44,582 nt of DNA from Mycoplasma sp. CAG:611 (GCA_000434175.1 HF999802.1:26618-71199), one strand, 5' to 3'; counted from the first letter of the stretch, positions 34,440-43,694 are shown. The notes: generated from the sequence alone by a model not told the origin. Translations and numbers: made by a program.

Positions 34440-35057
34440 TTAAAACTTTCGATATAATCCAACAACTTTACCTAATATTGTAACATTTTTTAAAATAATT
34501 GGTTCCATTGTGTCATTTTCAGGTTGTAGTCTAAAATGATCTTTTTCTTTATAAAATGTTTTTACAGTTACCTCATTATCATCATTCATTGCCACTACAA
34601 TATCACCATTTTTAGCATCATTTTTTCTTTCTACAATTATTATATCGTTATCATAGATACCTACATTAATCATACTTTCGCCACTTACCCTTAAAGTAAA
34701 GATATCTTTTTTATTAGCAACAAGATTAACTGGTAAATCAAAATATTCATCTGGCATTTCAATCGCATCAATTGGATTACCTGCAGTTACTTTTCCAAGT
34801 AGGGGAACAGATACAACAGTTTCATCCTTTTTTGCATATTCATTAGGCACTAAAAGTTCAATAGTTCTGTTTTTTTCAGGATCTTTAGTAATAAAACCTT
34901 TTTGAACTAAAGTATTTAAATGTGTTTGTACTGTAGCAGTACTATTTAAATTTGTTGCTTTACATAATTCTCTAACAGTAGGGGGGTAACCTTTTTTAGC
35001 CATGTATTTTTTAAGTTCTTTTAATACGTTTTCTTGTTTATTAGTTAATTTTTCCAT
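34440..35057 (-). CDS. lexA: LexA repressor
   Basis: An N-terminal wHTH (GYPPTVRELC), a cleavage-site region (VTAGNP), and S24 peptidase motifs LRVSGESMINVGI and VTVKTF. Confidence 0.92.
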   Translation of the reverse strand: MEKLTNKQENVLKELKKYMAKKGYPPTVRELCKATNLNSTATVQTHLNTLVQKGFITKDPEKNRTIELLVPNEYAKKDETVVSVPLLGKVTAGNPIDAIEMPDEYFDLPVNLVANKKDIFTLRVSGESMINVGIYDNDIIIVERKNDAKNGDIVVAMNDDNEVTVKTFYKEKDHFRLQPENDTMEPIILKNVTILGKVVGLYRKF

Positions 35058-35128
35058 ATCTTTTTCCTCCTTATGTATTTAGTTTAACATATCATGTGTA
35101 AAATGTCAAACAAATGTTTCAAAAAGTT

Positions 35129-35157
35129 ATTGACACGAACATATATTTGTAATAAAC
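35129..35157 (+). promoter_or_regulatory. Promoter with an embedded SOS (LexA) box, divergent from lexA
   Basis: TTGACA (35129-34), a 17-nt spacer, then TAAACT (35152-57). The spacer contains CGAACATATATTTG (35135-48), 12/14 to the Firmicutes consensus CGAACATATGTTCG. A weaker box CAAACAAATGTTTC lies at 35106-19. Confidence 0.6.
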
Positions 35158-35177
35158 TTAAATCAAGAAAGGAGAAA

Positions 35178-35321
35178 ATGGTTATGGAAAGCATTACACC
35201 AAAAAAATTAATTATTATATTCTATCTAATGGTAATAATTTTTACTTGTATATTTGCTCTTAGAATAGAAAATCTTGAAAGTAAGGAGGACGCTATAAAT
35301 AAAATAGTAAATTTACAATAA
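35178..35321 (+). CDS. 47-aa single-TM protein, candidate SOS-induced division inhibitor (YneA/SosA position analog)
   Basis: An AAGGAGAAA RBS precedes the ATG at 35178. The protein reads MVMESITPKKLIIIFYLMVIIFTCIFALRIENLESKEDAINKIVNLQ. It is divergent from lexA and sits behind an SOS box. Confidence 0.5.
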   Translation: MVMESITPKKLIIIFYLMVIIFTCIFALRIENLESKEDAINKIVNLQ

Positions 35322-35325
35322 TATA

Positions 35326-35354
35326 TTTACATAAAAGAATATTTATAGTAAAAT
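35326..35354 (+). promoter_or_regulatory. SigA-type promoter for the T-box-like leader
   Basis: TTTACA, a 17-nt spacer, then TAAAAT. Confidence 0.55.
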
Positions 35355-35360
35355 AATATC

Positions 35361-35502
35361 GTAACTTATTTATATTTAAATGATGGAGCTTGGAAACTCT
35401 ATATTATTAATTTAATAATAAATCATTTATTAAAAGAGATTCTTGGAAAAGAATAAGTAAAGTGGAACCGCGGAATTTAATTTCGTCTTTACATATCTTT
35501 TT
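35361..35502 (+). ncRNA. T-box-like leader (probably tRNA-Gly responsive) with a canonical antiterminator and an atypical Stem I
   Basis: Helix A1 is gtaaag/ctttac (35457-62/35487-92). The 7-nt bulge is UGGAACC (35463-69) and helix A2 is gcggaat/atttcgt. A Stem III-like hairpin attctt-GGAA-aagaat lies just upstream (35439-54). glyQS is downstream. Confidence 0.5.
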
Positions 35503-35528
35503 CAAGTTTTTATTTTATGGGGGATAAC

Positions 35529-36173
35529 ATGAAGAAAACAGATTTTGTAAAATATTTTTGTAATTATGAAATATCAAAAGTAGATATATATTATTTATAT
35601 GATTTAGATACATATTCATATGAATTAAGTACTAGCAATATTAAAAAAAATCCTTTTAAATTTACAGATATTTATATTAAAGATGATGAGATATTTATAA
35701 ACTTTTTAATAAATTATTGTAAAACTAATAATATACCTTATTCATTTATGGCTACTATTAGCACACAAAATAAGGACAAAAAGAATTTTAAACATAGTTT
35801 AACAAAAGAAGAAATAAAAGAAAAAAACATTCAGTTTATCGTGGTAAAACAAGATGATAAAGATAATATTTCTTTTTATAAAGAACCATTAAATGAGGAT
35901 GAAAAAATTAATGAAATACAAAATAAATTAAAGATAAATATAAATAGTGAAAAACAATTAAATAAAACAATTGAATTATTAAATGAATTTCTTGATAAAT
36001 ATTATGTTTATCAAATGATTAAAACATATAATAATGATGATTTTAATGTTATAATAACTTTACAAAATAATATAACTATTATAATAAAAGGAACATATTT
36101 AATTAATAATTTAATTGAATATTTAAACATAAAATATGAACATAAAAAAGAGAGGGTTATTAAATATGAATAG
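35529..36173 (+). CDS. Hypothetical protein (first gene after the T-box-like leader)
   Basis: The ATG at 35529 follows GGGGGA. No motif was recognised. Confidence 0.5.
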   Translation: MKKTDFVKYFCNYEISKVDIYYLYDLDTYSYELSTSNIKKNPFKFTDIYIKDDEIFINFLINYCKTNNIPYSFMATISTQNKDKKNFKHSLTKEEIKEKNIQFIVVKQDDKDNISFYKEPLNEDEKINEIQNKLKININSEKQLNKTIELLNEFLDKYYVYQMIKTYNNDDFNVIITLQNNITIIIKGTYLINNLIEYLNIKYEHKKERVIKYE

Positions 36174-36915
36174 TAAAATATTAGAACAAATAAGAAATGT
36201 TGATTTTAAAGAAATAGATTTATCTATTATAAATAATGAATTAGTTATAAAAATACTTCAAAAAGAGAATTTAAATAAAAGATTTCCTACAATTAGCATC
36301 TATTCTAAAAATTTAGAAGAAATGTCTAATCAAGAGTTATTTTCTTTTATAACAGAATTATATTTTCAAACAGGGGATGTGTATCATTATAGTAAAGTAA
36401 AAGATTATATAATAGGGAAAGAATTATTATTAAGTGATAAATATATGTTAGTTAATACAAATGCAAGAAAATTATTTATTGATGCTAATAGTAATCTTAT
36501 AAATGAAGAATTTTTAAAAAATTTAAGTTATTCGCTTTTTAATGGAATTACAAATAAAATAGAGGAAGGTTTAAATAAAGAAGGTAAAGTTAATTTTAAT
36601 GTTTTATTAAGTAATAAAACTTCAATTAATACATATGAAAATAGACTTGGTGTTACATATTTTCTACTTTTAGAAGATAATAAATTAGGAAAAGCAATAT
36701 ATAATTATTTACTTGAATGTGTTTTTGATAAAGATTTAATTAATTCTAAAATAAAGTTTGATAATAGTAAAAATTGTTGTAATATAAGTATTGAAGATTT
36801 ATCAATTTTTATTAATAGCAAAAAATTAGTAGATGAGTTAAATAATCTAGGTTTATTAGAAGAAGTATATAAAAAAGAAGAAAATATGAAAAGACAATTA
36901 AAATGGGAGGAATAA
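36166..36915 (+). CDS. Hypothetical protein (second gene, overlaps the previous gene by 8 nt)
   Basis: The ATG at 36166 follows GAGAGGG. The gene ends 4 nt before glyQS. No motif was recognised. Confidence 0.5.
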   Translation: MNSKILEQIRNVDFKEIDLSIINNELVIKILQKENLNKRFPTISIYSKNLEEMSNQELFSFITELYFQTGDVYHYSKVKDYIIGKELLLSDKYMLVNTNARKLFIDANSNLINEEFLKNLSYSLFNGITNKIEEGLNKEGKVNFNVLLSNKTSINTYENRLGVTYFLLLEDNKLGKAIYNYLLECVFDKDLINSKIKFDNSKNCCNISIEDLSIFINSKKLVDELNNLGLLEEVYKKEENMKRQLKWEE

Positions 36916-36919
36916 TATT

Positions 36920-38284
36920 ATGAATATGGAAAAAATGGTAAATTATTGTAAAAATTATGGTTTTATATTTCAAGGAAGTGAAATATACGGAGGACTTTCT
37001 AATACTTTTGACTATGGTCCTTTAGGAGTAGAACTTAAAAATAATTTAAAAAATACTTGGCTTAAAAGATTTATTCAAGAAGATATAAATTGTGTTAAGC
37101 TTGACAGTGCTATTTTAATGAATCCTAAAGTATGGGAAGCAAGCGGACATTTAAAGACTTTTAGCGATCCATTAATTGATTGTAAAGAATGTAATTCAAG
37201 ATATCGTGCAGATAAGTTACTTGAAGATAATAATGTTAGTGATGTAGAGAAAATGACTAGTGATGATATGATTAATTATATAAAAGATAATCATATTAAA
37301 TGTCCTAAATGTGGTAAATGTAATTTTACTGATATAAGACAATTTAATTTAATGTTTAAAACATTCCAAGGAGTAACTGAAGATTTAAAAGATACAATTT
37401 ATTTAAGACCAGAAACAGCCCAAGGAATATTTGTTGATTTTTTAAATGTTCAAAGAAGTATGAGACTTAAAATACCATTTGGTATAGGACAAGTAGGTAA
37501 AAGTTTTAGAAATGAAATAACACCTGGTAATTTTATTTTTAGAGTTCGTGAATTCGAACAAATGGAACTAGAGTTTTTTTGTAAACCAGGAACAGAACTT
37601 GAATGGTTTAATTTTTATAAAGAAAAAGCTAAAAACTTTTTAAAAGATTTAGGATTTAAAGAAGAAAACTTAAGATTTAGAGATCATTCTAAAGAAGAAC
37701 TTAGTTTTTATAGTAATGCAACTACTGATATCGAGTATAAATTTCCATTTGGTTTTGGTGAACTTTGGGGTATTGCATCAAGAACTAATTATGATTTAAC
37801 TAAACATCAAGAATATTCAAATATTTCACAAGAATATTTAGATCCATTAACAAATGAAAAATATATTCCTTATGTAGTGGAACCATCTTTAGGGGTTGAA
37901 AGGCTTGTACTTGCAACTTTGCTTAATGCTTATCATGAAGAAACACTAGAAAATAAAGAAACAAGAGAAGTACTTAAACTTATTCCATATCTTGCACCTT
38001 ATAAAGTAACTGTTCTTCCATTAATAAAAAAACTTCATAGTGAAAAAGCTATAGAAATTTATAATAAATTATCTAAATGTTTTTCTACTAGTTATGATGA
38101 AACTGGAAGTATAGGAAAACGTTACAGAAGAAGTGATGCTGTTGGAACACCTTATGCTATTACAATAGATGATGATACTTTAAATAATAATACAGTAACA
38201 TTAAGAAATAGAGATACGATGGAACAAATAGTAATAAAATTAGATGAAGTAGAAAAATATATTGAAGAAAGAATAAAATTTTAA
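36920..38284 (+). CDS. glyQS: Glycine--tRNA ligase (alpha2 dimeric type)
   Basis: [65 protein letters not shown] and an anticodon-binding C-terminus. Confidence 0.92.
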   Translation: MNMEKMVNYCKNYGFIFQGSEIYGGLSNTFDYGPLGVELKNNLKNTWLKRFIQEDINCVKLDSAILMNPKVWEASGHLKTFSDPLIDCKECNSRYRADKLLEDNNVSDVEKMTSDDMINYIKDNHIKCPKCGKCNFTDIRQFNLMFKTFQGVTEDLKDTIYLRPETAQGIFVDFLNVQRSMRLKIPFGIGQVGKSFRNEITPGNFIFRVREFEQMELEFFCKPGTELEWFNFYKEKAKNFLKDLGFKEENLRFRDHSKEELSFYSNATTDIEYKFPFGFGELWGIASRTNYDLTKHQEYSNISQEYLDPLTNEKYIPYVVEPSLGVERLVLATLLNAYHEETLENKETREVLKLIPYLAPYKVTVLPLIKKLHSEKAIEIYNKLSKCFSTSYDETGSIGKRYRRSDAVGTPYAITIDDDTLNNNTVTLRNRDTMEQIVIKLDEVEKYIEERIKF

Positions 38285-38354
38285 TCTTTCTTCTTTTTTT
38301 AGGCATAATTAGACATTCTTTCCTTTTATACTAAAAATGGAAGGAAGGATGATT

Positions 38355-38789
38355 ATGAAAGAATATTATATTTTTAATTTAAAAAAGGAGTTTGCTAAAT
38401 TATATAAAGATAGGCCTAGTGAACTATTTTACATATTTAATAGAATTTATTATATGAAAGAAGTAGATAAAAATTATGGTTATAATTTATTTGAACAAAT
38501 ATGTAATTTTATAGATAAAAAAGAAATAAATGAATATCTTTATAATATATATAAAGATAAAATGATGTATTCTTATAATGAAAATGAACATGTTATTAAT
38601 AATTTATTTTTAAATGAAATTAGTATTTTGAAAGTAAAAAATAGTAATTTAAGATTAGAAACTAATAAAGAAGATTGTTCTTTTTTAAAAGATTTAAATA
38701 GTTTTAATAATACTTATTTTGTATGTGATTTTAAAAATCAAGAGTTTTTCTTTTTAAAAAATAATAAGGTAATACTTAAAAATTTATAA
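38355..38789 (+). CDS. sirA: SirA (YneE)-like sporulation inhibitor of replication
   Basis: YYIFNLKKEFAKLYKDRPSELFYIF resembles B. subtilis SirA YYTYLIKEEFANHYFGRESVMFELF. The size is similar and the gene lies immediately upstream of yneF, as in B. subtilis. Confidence 0.5.
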   Translation: MKEYYIFNLKKEFAKLYKDRPSELFYIFNRIYYMKEVDKNYGYNLFEQICNFIDKKEINEYLYNIYKDKMMYSYNENEHVINNLFLNEISILKVKNSNLRLETNKEDCSFLKDLNSFNNTYFVCDFKNQEFFFLKNNKVILKNL

Positions 38790-38845
38790 ATATCTTGTAA
38801 TTGAATATATTTTATTATAGAATATATTTATGGAGGGAAAAAGTT

Positions 38846-39061
38846 ATGGGATTTGGACATGATTTATTATATATTGTAATTGGTTTAATACCAGGACTTG
38901 TTTTAGGGTTCTTACTTGCTCGTATGTGGATGAAAAAATATTTAAAGAAAAATCCACCAATTAATGAAGAAATGGTAAAAATAATGATGAGTCAAATGGG
39001 TAGAACTCCATCTCAAAAACAAGTTAATCAAGTTATGAAACAAATGAGTAAATATATGTAA
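38846..39061 (+). CDS. yneF: UPF0154 membrane protein YneF
   Basis: A 71-aa protein with one TM followed by KKNPPINEEMVKIMMSQMGRTPSQKQVNQVMKQM, typical of YneF. Confidence 0.8.
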   Translation: MGFGHDLLYIVIGLIPGLVLGFLLARMWMKKYLKKNPPINEEMVKIMMSQMGRTPSQKQVNQVMKQMSKYM

Positions 39062-39109
39062 TGTATATTTATTTTTTTATGAAAAAATTGTTAAAAATTC
39101 TAAAAAATA

Positions 39110-39185
39110 TTGACAACCTGGGGGGGGTGCTTTATATAATTAATTTATAAAGTTAATAGTTAATAAAATAAGGTTGTGATGTATA
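39110..39185 (+). promoter_or_regulatory. Poly-G promoter/leader cassette, copy 3 (G8, 19-nt spacer)
   Basis: TTGACA (39110-15), acct, G8 (39120-27), then TATAAT (39135-40). The leader taatttataaagttaatagttaataaaataaggttgtgat is conserved. Confidence 0.65.
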
Positions 39186-39191
39186 TATTTT

Positions 39192-40652
39192 ATGATAGTT
39201 TTCTTAAAGGATTTATTTGAAAATAAAATAGATATTAAAAAATTTATAATTTATTTATTGTTTATATTTTTAATTCTTTTTCCTTTTAATGTTAAATCAT
39301 ATTCGTATATAATATTAATTTGCTTTTTATTAGTATTATTATTATATAACAAAAAGCATAATATAAAATTAGTTATGGGGTATATTCTATTTGTTTTTAT
39401 AACCATATTTGTTATTGAAAACTTTCATGAAGAAAATGTTAGTAAAATATTATATAACGATATATTTAATCCTCAAATAGAAGAAAAGATAAATAAAATA
39501 TTAGCAAGTGATAAATCATATTACAGAATGAATAATTTAAATTATCCAACAAAAATAGTTAATAAAATATATAGTTCTAATTATTTTACAACAAATATTT
39601 ATTCGTCAACTTATAATAATTATTATTTGAATTTTGTACGTAATGTTTTTGGTGGAAGTGTGGCTGATTATAATTACTTTCTAGTATCTGGGAATAATAA
39701 TTTACTTTTTAATTCATACATGGGAGTAAAATATTTATATTCTAAAATGGAACTAAAACAAGGATATATTAAATTTGATGATAATATATATTTAAATGAA
39801 AATTATTATCCTTTGATTTATGCAAATAGTAATATTGTAAGCCAAAATGATTTTGAAAAATATAAGTATCCTTATTCAAATGAGTTGTTAATGAAAAATG
39901 TCGTTTCAAATAAAAATAGTAATAATAATATTAATAAATTTGATATTAAAAAGATTAATTTAGATTATACTTTAACATATAATGATGGCGTAAAAATTAA
40001 GAAGCTTGATGAAGGATATTTGCTTACAGTAGAAGATACTGGAAAACTAGAATTAAATTTAAATCAAAAGTTAATAAATAAAATATTATTTATAATTCTT
40101 GAAGGCCTTGAAAAAAATAGTTGCAGTTATGATAATATAAATATGACTATTAATGATGTTTCAAACATTTTAACATGTAAAACATGGCCATATGATAATA
40201 AAAATAATACTTTTAAATTTGTTATAAGTGAAGATAATTTGGATAAGTTAACAATTAATTTAACAAAAGGAACATATAAGATAACCAATATTTCAACATT
40301 TGTTTTAGATTACGAAGATTTTAAAAATTGGAAAGAAGATATAAAACCATTTAATATAACTTCATTTAATAGTTCTTTAATAAAAGGAAATATAACCATA
40401 GATAATCCATCTTATTTAGTAACTAGCATTCCTTATGATAAAGGATTTAAAGTTGTTGTAAATAATAAAGAAGTATCTTATGAAAATATAAATAATGGAT
40501 TTTTAGGAATATATTTAGAAAAAGGTAATTATGATGTTGAAATAACTTATAAAAGTCCTTGGCTAAATATAGGAAAATTATTAAGTTTTATAGGGATAAT
40601 TAGTTTTATAACAATTGTTTTAATAGAAAGAAAAAATAAAATAAAAAAATAA
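39192..40652 (+). CDS. YfhO-family-like membrane protein, C-terminal half only
   Basis: About three TM helices are followed by a large extracytoplasmic domain. The end is YfhO-like: NNGFLGIYLEKGNYDVEITYKSPWLNIGKLLSFIGIISFITIVLI. The multi-TM N-terminal half of canonical YfhO is absent. Confidence 0.4.
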   Translation: MIVFLKDLFENKIDIKKFIIYLLFIFLILFPFNVKSYSYIILICFLLVLLLYNKKHNIKLVMGYILFVFITIFVIENFHEENVSKILYNDIFNPQIEEKINKILASDKSYYRMNNLNYPTKIVNKIYSSNYFTTNIYSSTYNNYYLNFVRNVFGGSVADYNYFLVSGNNNLLFNSYMGVKYLYSKMELKQGYIKFDDNIYLNENYYPLIYANSNIVSQNDFEKYKYPYSNELLMKNVVSNKNSNNNINKFDIKKINLDYTLTYNDGVKIKKLDEGYLLTVEDTGKLELNLNQKLINKILFIILEGLEKNSCSYDNINMTINDVSNILTCKTWPYDNKNNTFKFVISEDNLDKLTINLTKGTYKITNISTFVLDYEDFKNWKEDIKPFNITSFNSSLIKGNITIDNPSYLVTSIPYDKGFKVVVNNKEVSYENINNGFLGIYLEKGNYDVEITYKSPWLNIGKLLSFIGIISFITIVLIERKNKIKK

Positions 40653-40672
40653 GAGTCTTAATTGACTCTTAT
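40651..40672. terminator. Bidirectional terminator between convergent genes
   Basis: aagagtc-ttaatt-gactctt flanked by A-run and T-run. Confidence 0.6.
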
Positions 40673-41367
40673 TTTGTAATCATTTTTAATTCAGTTTGAC
40701 TACTATAGATATTAATTTTAACTTTTAAATTACCACCTGTAATAACTGCTTGATGGTTACCATCATCTGTTTCAGTTATATTAACATCACTTGTATCTTT
40801 TGGTGAATACCACATTCTAAATCTATAATATCTTTTTTTAGCAGTAGAACCATTTACAAATTCAAAATTATTTAAATAAAGTAAATAGTCATTTGAAGTA
40901 GCATCATATTTAAATGTTTCTAAATTAAATGGTGTTAAATCACTTATATAAGTTGGATTAACGATTTGACTTTCACTTGCAATAGTAGAAGTATCATTTT
41001 CTGCTTGGGTTAAATTTACTTTTACATTATCTTTATTTAATGTACTTGTAGGATCTACAGTAAAATAAATATAATAATACAATTTTATTGTACCTGTTGC
41101 TGTAACATTTAAATTAAATCCAAAATAGTTTTCATTTGCAATACCTTCTTCATCTGTCATACTTGAAGCATTTTGTAAATTAATAGCATTTTCGTTTTCC
41201 GTGTATGAAAAATTAATAACACCAGTAGTTATTTTATTTTCACTATTACTATGAATTACTGCAGTAAAAAACGCATATGATATTCCTAATATAAGTACTG
41301 ATAATAATATTACTATAATTATTGTAATAATAGTTTTTTGTTTTTTTAAATGATTTTCTTTTTCCAT
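40669..41367 (-). CDS. Signal-anchored secreted protein, SYAFF-motif family
   Basis: An N-terminal TM ending GISYAFFTAV, then VINFSYTENENAINLQN. This is paralogous to the N-terminus of the partial ORF at 44379. Confidence 0.55.
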   Translation of the reverse strand: MEKENHLKKQKTIITIIIVILLSVLILGISYAFFTAVIHSNSENKITTGVINFSYTENENAINLQNASSMTDEEGIANENYFGFNLNVTATGTIKLYYYIYFTVDPTSTLNKDNVKVNLTQAENDTSTIASESQIVNPTYISDLTPFNLETFKYDATSNDYLLYLNNFEFVNGSTAKKRYYRFRMWYSPKDTSDVNITETDDGNHQAVITGGNLKVKINIYSSQTELKMITK

Positions 41368-41567
41368 ATTCGTACCTTCCTATTCAATAAAATAATAACA
41401 TATTATTTTATTTTTATCAAACATATAGAATAAATTTTATAAAAAATGTTAAATTTTAATAAAAAATAGTCAAATTTCTTGATTTTGCAAGTTATCTATG
41501 TTACTTTATATATGTAAGCATCGTATGAAAATAAATTGCTTATAAATTTATAGGGAGGTAAATTTAA

Positions 41568-41840
41568 ATGAAAAAAGTAGAATTAGTTGAAGCAGTAGCT
41601 ACAAAAGCTGGACTTACAAAAGCAGATGCAGCTCGTGCAGTAGACGCAACATTTGAAGTAATTACAGAAGCACTTGCAAAAGGAGATAGAGTACCACTAG
41701 TTGGATTTGGAACATTTGCAGTTTCAAAAAGAGCAGCTAGAACAGGACGTAATCCTCAAACTGGCGCTGTAGTTAATATCGCTGCAAGAAACGCTGTTAC
41801 ATTTAAAGCTGGAGCAGCATTAAAAGAATCTGTAAATTAG
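41568..41840 (+). CDS. hup: DNA-binding protein HU
   Basis: A 90-aa protein with LVGFGTFAVSKRAARTGRNPQTG and VTFKAG. Confidence 0.92.
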   Translation: MKKVELVEAVATKAGLTKADAARAVDATFEVITEALAKGDRVPLVGFGTFAVSKRAARTGRNPQTGAVVNIAARNAVTFKAGAALKESVN

Positions 41841-41922
41841 TAAGAAGCCTTAGGGCTTTTTTCTTTTTATTCTTTTTTTATTTTATATTTTTTGTTATAA
41901 TTAATATGAAGGGAAGTACATT

Positions 41923-43011
41923 ATGAATGATAAGATAAAAGAAATATTAGAAATGATAACTAATAAAGGTTTTAAAGCTTATGTTGTGGGAGGTTATGTA
42001 AGAGATTATTTAAGAAAAATAAAAACAAATGATATTGATATATGTACTAATGCTAGAGTAAAAGATTTAATGGAAATATTTAAAGATTATAAAGTTACAC
42101 CTTTAGAATATGGTAATATTTTATTAGAAACAAAAGATTATTTATATGAAATAACAACTTTTAGAAAAGATATAGATTACATTAATAATAGAAAACCTAT
42201 AATTGAATATGTTGATACTTTAGAAGAAGATATAACAAGAAGAGATTTTACAGTTAATTCTATATGTATGGATAAAGATGGTAAAATAATAGATTTATTA
42301 AATGGAAAGAAAGATTTAAATAAAAAAATAATTAGAACAATTGGAGATCCTTATTTTAAAATAAAACAAGATTCTTTAAGAATACTTAGAGCTATTAGAT
42401 TTGCAAGTTGTTTAAATTTTAAAATAGAAGATAATTTAAAAAATGCTATTAAGGAAAACAAAGATTTACTTAAAGATTTATCTTATGAAAGAAAAAAAGA
42501 AGAATTAACTAAAATATTTACAAGTGATAATAAAGCTTATGGTATAAAACTTTTAAAAGAATTAGATTTACTAGAGGTGTTAGAATTAACTAATATAGAT
42601 AATGTATTAAGAACAAAAGATTTAATAGGTATGTGGAGTACAATTACAATAAATGATAATTATCCATTTACTAAAAAAGAAAAAGATCTTATTAATAATA
42701 TAAATAAACTTTTAAAAGAAGATTTAAATGATATATTTGTATTATATAAAACAGGTTTATATGAAATTAATGTTGTATGTGATTTAAAAAAATTATCTAA
42801 GAAAAAATATAGTAATAAATATGAAAAATTAGTAATTAAAGCAAAAAATGAAATAGATATAACAACTGAAGATATATGTATATTATTAAATAAAGAACCA
42901 GGTTGTTTTTTAAAGGAAATATATAGTGATTTAGAAAAAAATATATTACTTAAAAATATTAAGAATAATAAAGAAGAAATAGAAAAATATATATTAAATA
43001 ACTATAAATAA
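41923..43011 (+). CDS. cca: CCA-adding enzyme / tRNA nucleotidyltransferase family
   Basis: AYVVGGYVRDYL...NDIDICT and RRDFTVNSI. At 362 aa it is a short form. Confidence 0.8.
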   Translation: MNDKIKEILEMITNKGFKAYVVGGYVRDYLRKIKTNDIDICTNARVKDLMEIFKDYKVTPLEYGNILLETKDYLYEITTFRKDIDYINNRKPIIEYVDTLEEDITRRDFTVNSICMDKDGKIIDLLNGKKDLNKKIIRTIGDPYFKIKQDSLRILRAIRFASCLNFKIEDNLKNAIKENKDLLKDLSYERKKEELTKIFTSDNKAYGIKLLKELDLLEVLELTNIDNVLRTKDLIGMWSTITINDNYPFTKKEKDLINNINKLLKEDLNDIFVLYKTGLYEINVVCDLKKLSKKKYSNKYEKLVIKAKNEIDITTEDICILLNKEPGCFLKEIYSDLEKNILLKNIKNNKEEIEKYILNNYK

Positions 43012-43046
43012 TGTTATAATAAAAGGAGTTTTTAGGAGAGTGATTT

Positions 43047-43694
43047 ATGAAAACAAATAATATATTAGATATAATGAAAACAAATAATATAGTTATACCA
43101 AGTTATTTGTTAAAAACTTATAAAAAACTTAATTTAAGTGAAAAAGAGTTGATTTTTTTATCTTATTTAATTACATTTAATGATAAAATATTATTTGATA
43201 TAAATAAGTTTTCTATTAGTACTTCACTTAGTATACCTGAAATAATGGAACTTATAGATAGTTTAATATCTAAAAATATTATAATAATGGTAACAGATAA
43301 AAAAGAAACTGGTATGATAAGGGAATATTTAGATATAAGTAGTTTATATGATAAAATAATTGTTATGACATTAAATGACAGTGAAAATGAAATTGTTAAT
43401 AAAGATAATTCTAATATATATGATGTTATAGAAAAAGAATTTGGTAGATGTTTAAGTCCTATTGAATATGAAACTATAAAAGGATGGTTAGATTCTAATA
43501 TAAGTGAAGATTTAATTAAAGAAGCATTAAAAGAAGCTATTTTAAATGGGGTTAATAACTTAAAATATATTGATAGAATTTTATATGAATGGAATAAAAA
43601 AGGATATAAAACACCAAGTGATGTTGTTAAAAAAAGACAAGTAAAAGAAGAAAAAATTGATTTATTTGATTATGATTGGTTAGATGAAGAATGA
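43047..43694 (+). CDS. dnaD: DnaD-domain replication initiation protein
   Basis: The C-terminal DnaD/DnaB-2 domain reads IEKEFGRCLSPIEYETIKGWLD...YIDRILYEWNKKGYKT. Adjacency to nth matches B. subtilis. Confidence 0.8.
   Translation: MKTNNILDIMKTNNIVIPSYLLKTYKKLNLSEKELIFLSYLITFNDKILFDINKFSISTSLSIPEIMELIDSLISKNIIIMVTDKKETGMIREYLDISSLYDKIIVMTLNDSENEIVNKDNSNIYDVIEKEFGRCLSPIEYETIKGWLDSNISEDLIKEALKEAILNGVNNLKYIDRILYEWNKKGYKTPSDVVKKRQVKEEKIDLFDYDWLDEE

Noticed and set aside
35457-35502. Reading the hairpin plus T-tract as a plain intrinsic terminator of the small SOS gene.
   Set aside because: A good promoter (35326-35354) lies between that gene and the hairpin. The hairpin has the exact A1/7-nt UGGAACC bulge/A2 architecture of a T-box antiterminator, so a riboregulator is the better reading. 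A dual role is not excluded.
41568-41840. Locally higher GC in the HU gene as a sign of horizontal transfer.
   Set aside because: The excess comes from Ala/Gly/Arg-rich composition (GCA/GCT codons) typical of HU and highly expressed genes. Synonymous choices remain A/T-ending, unlike the patch at 23601-23727.
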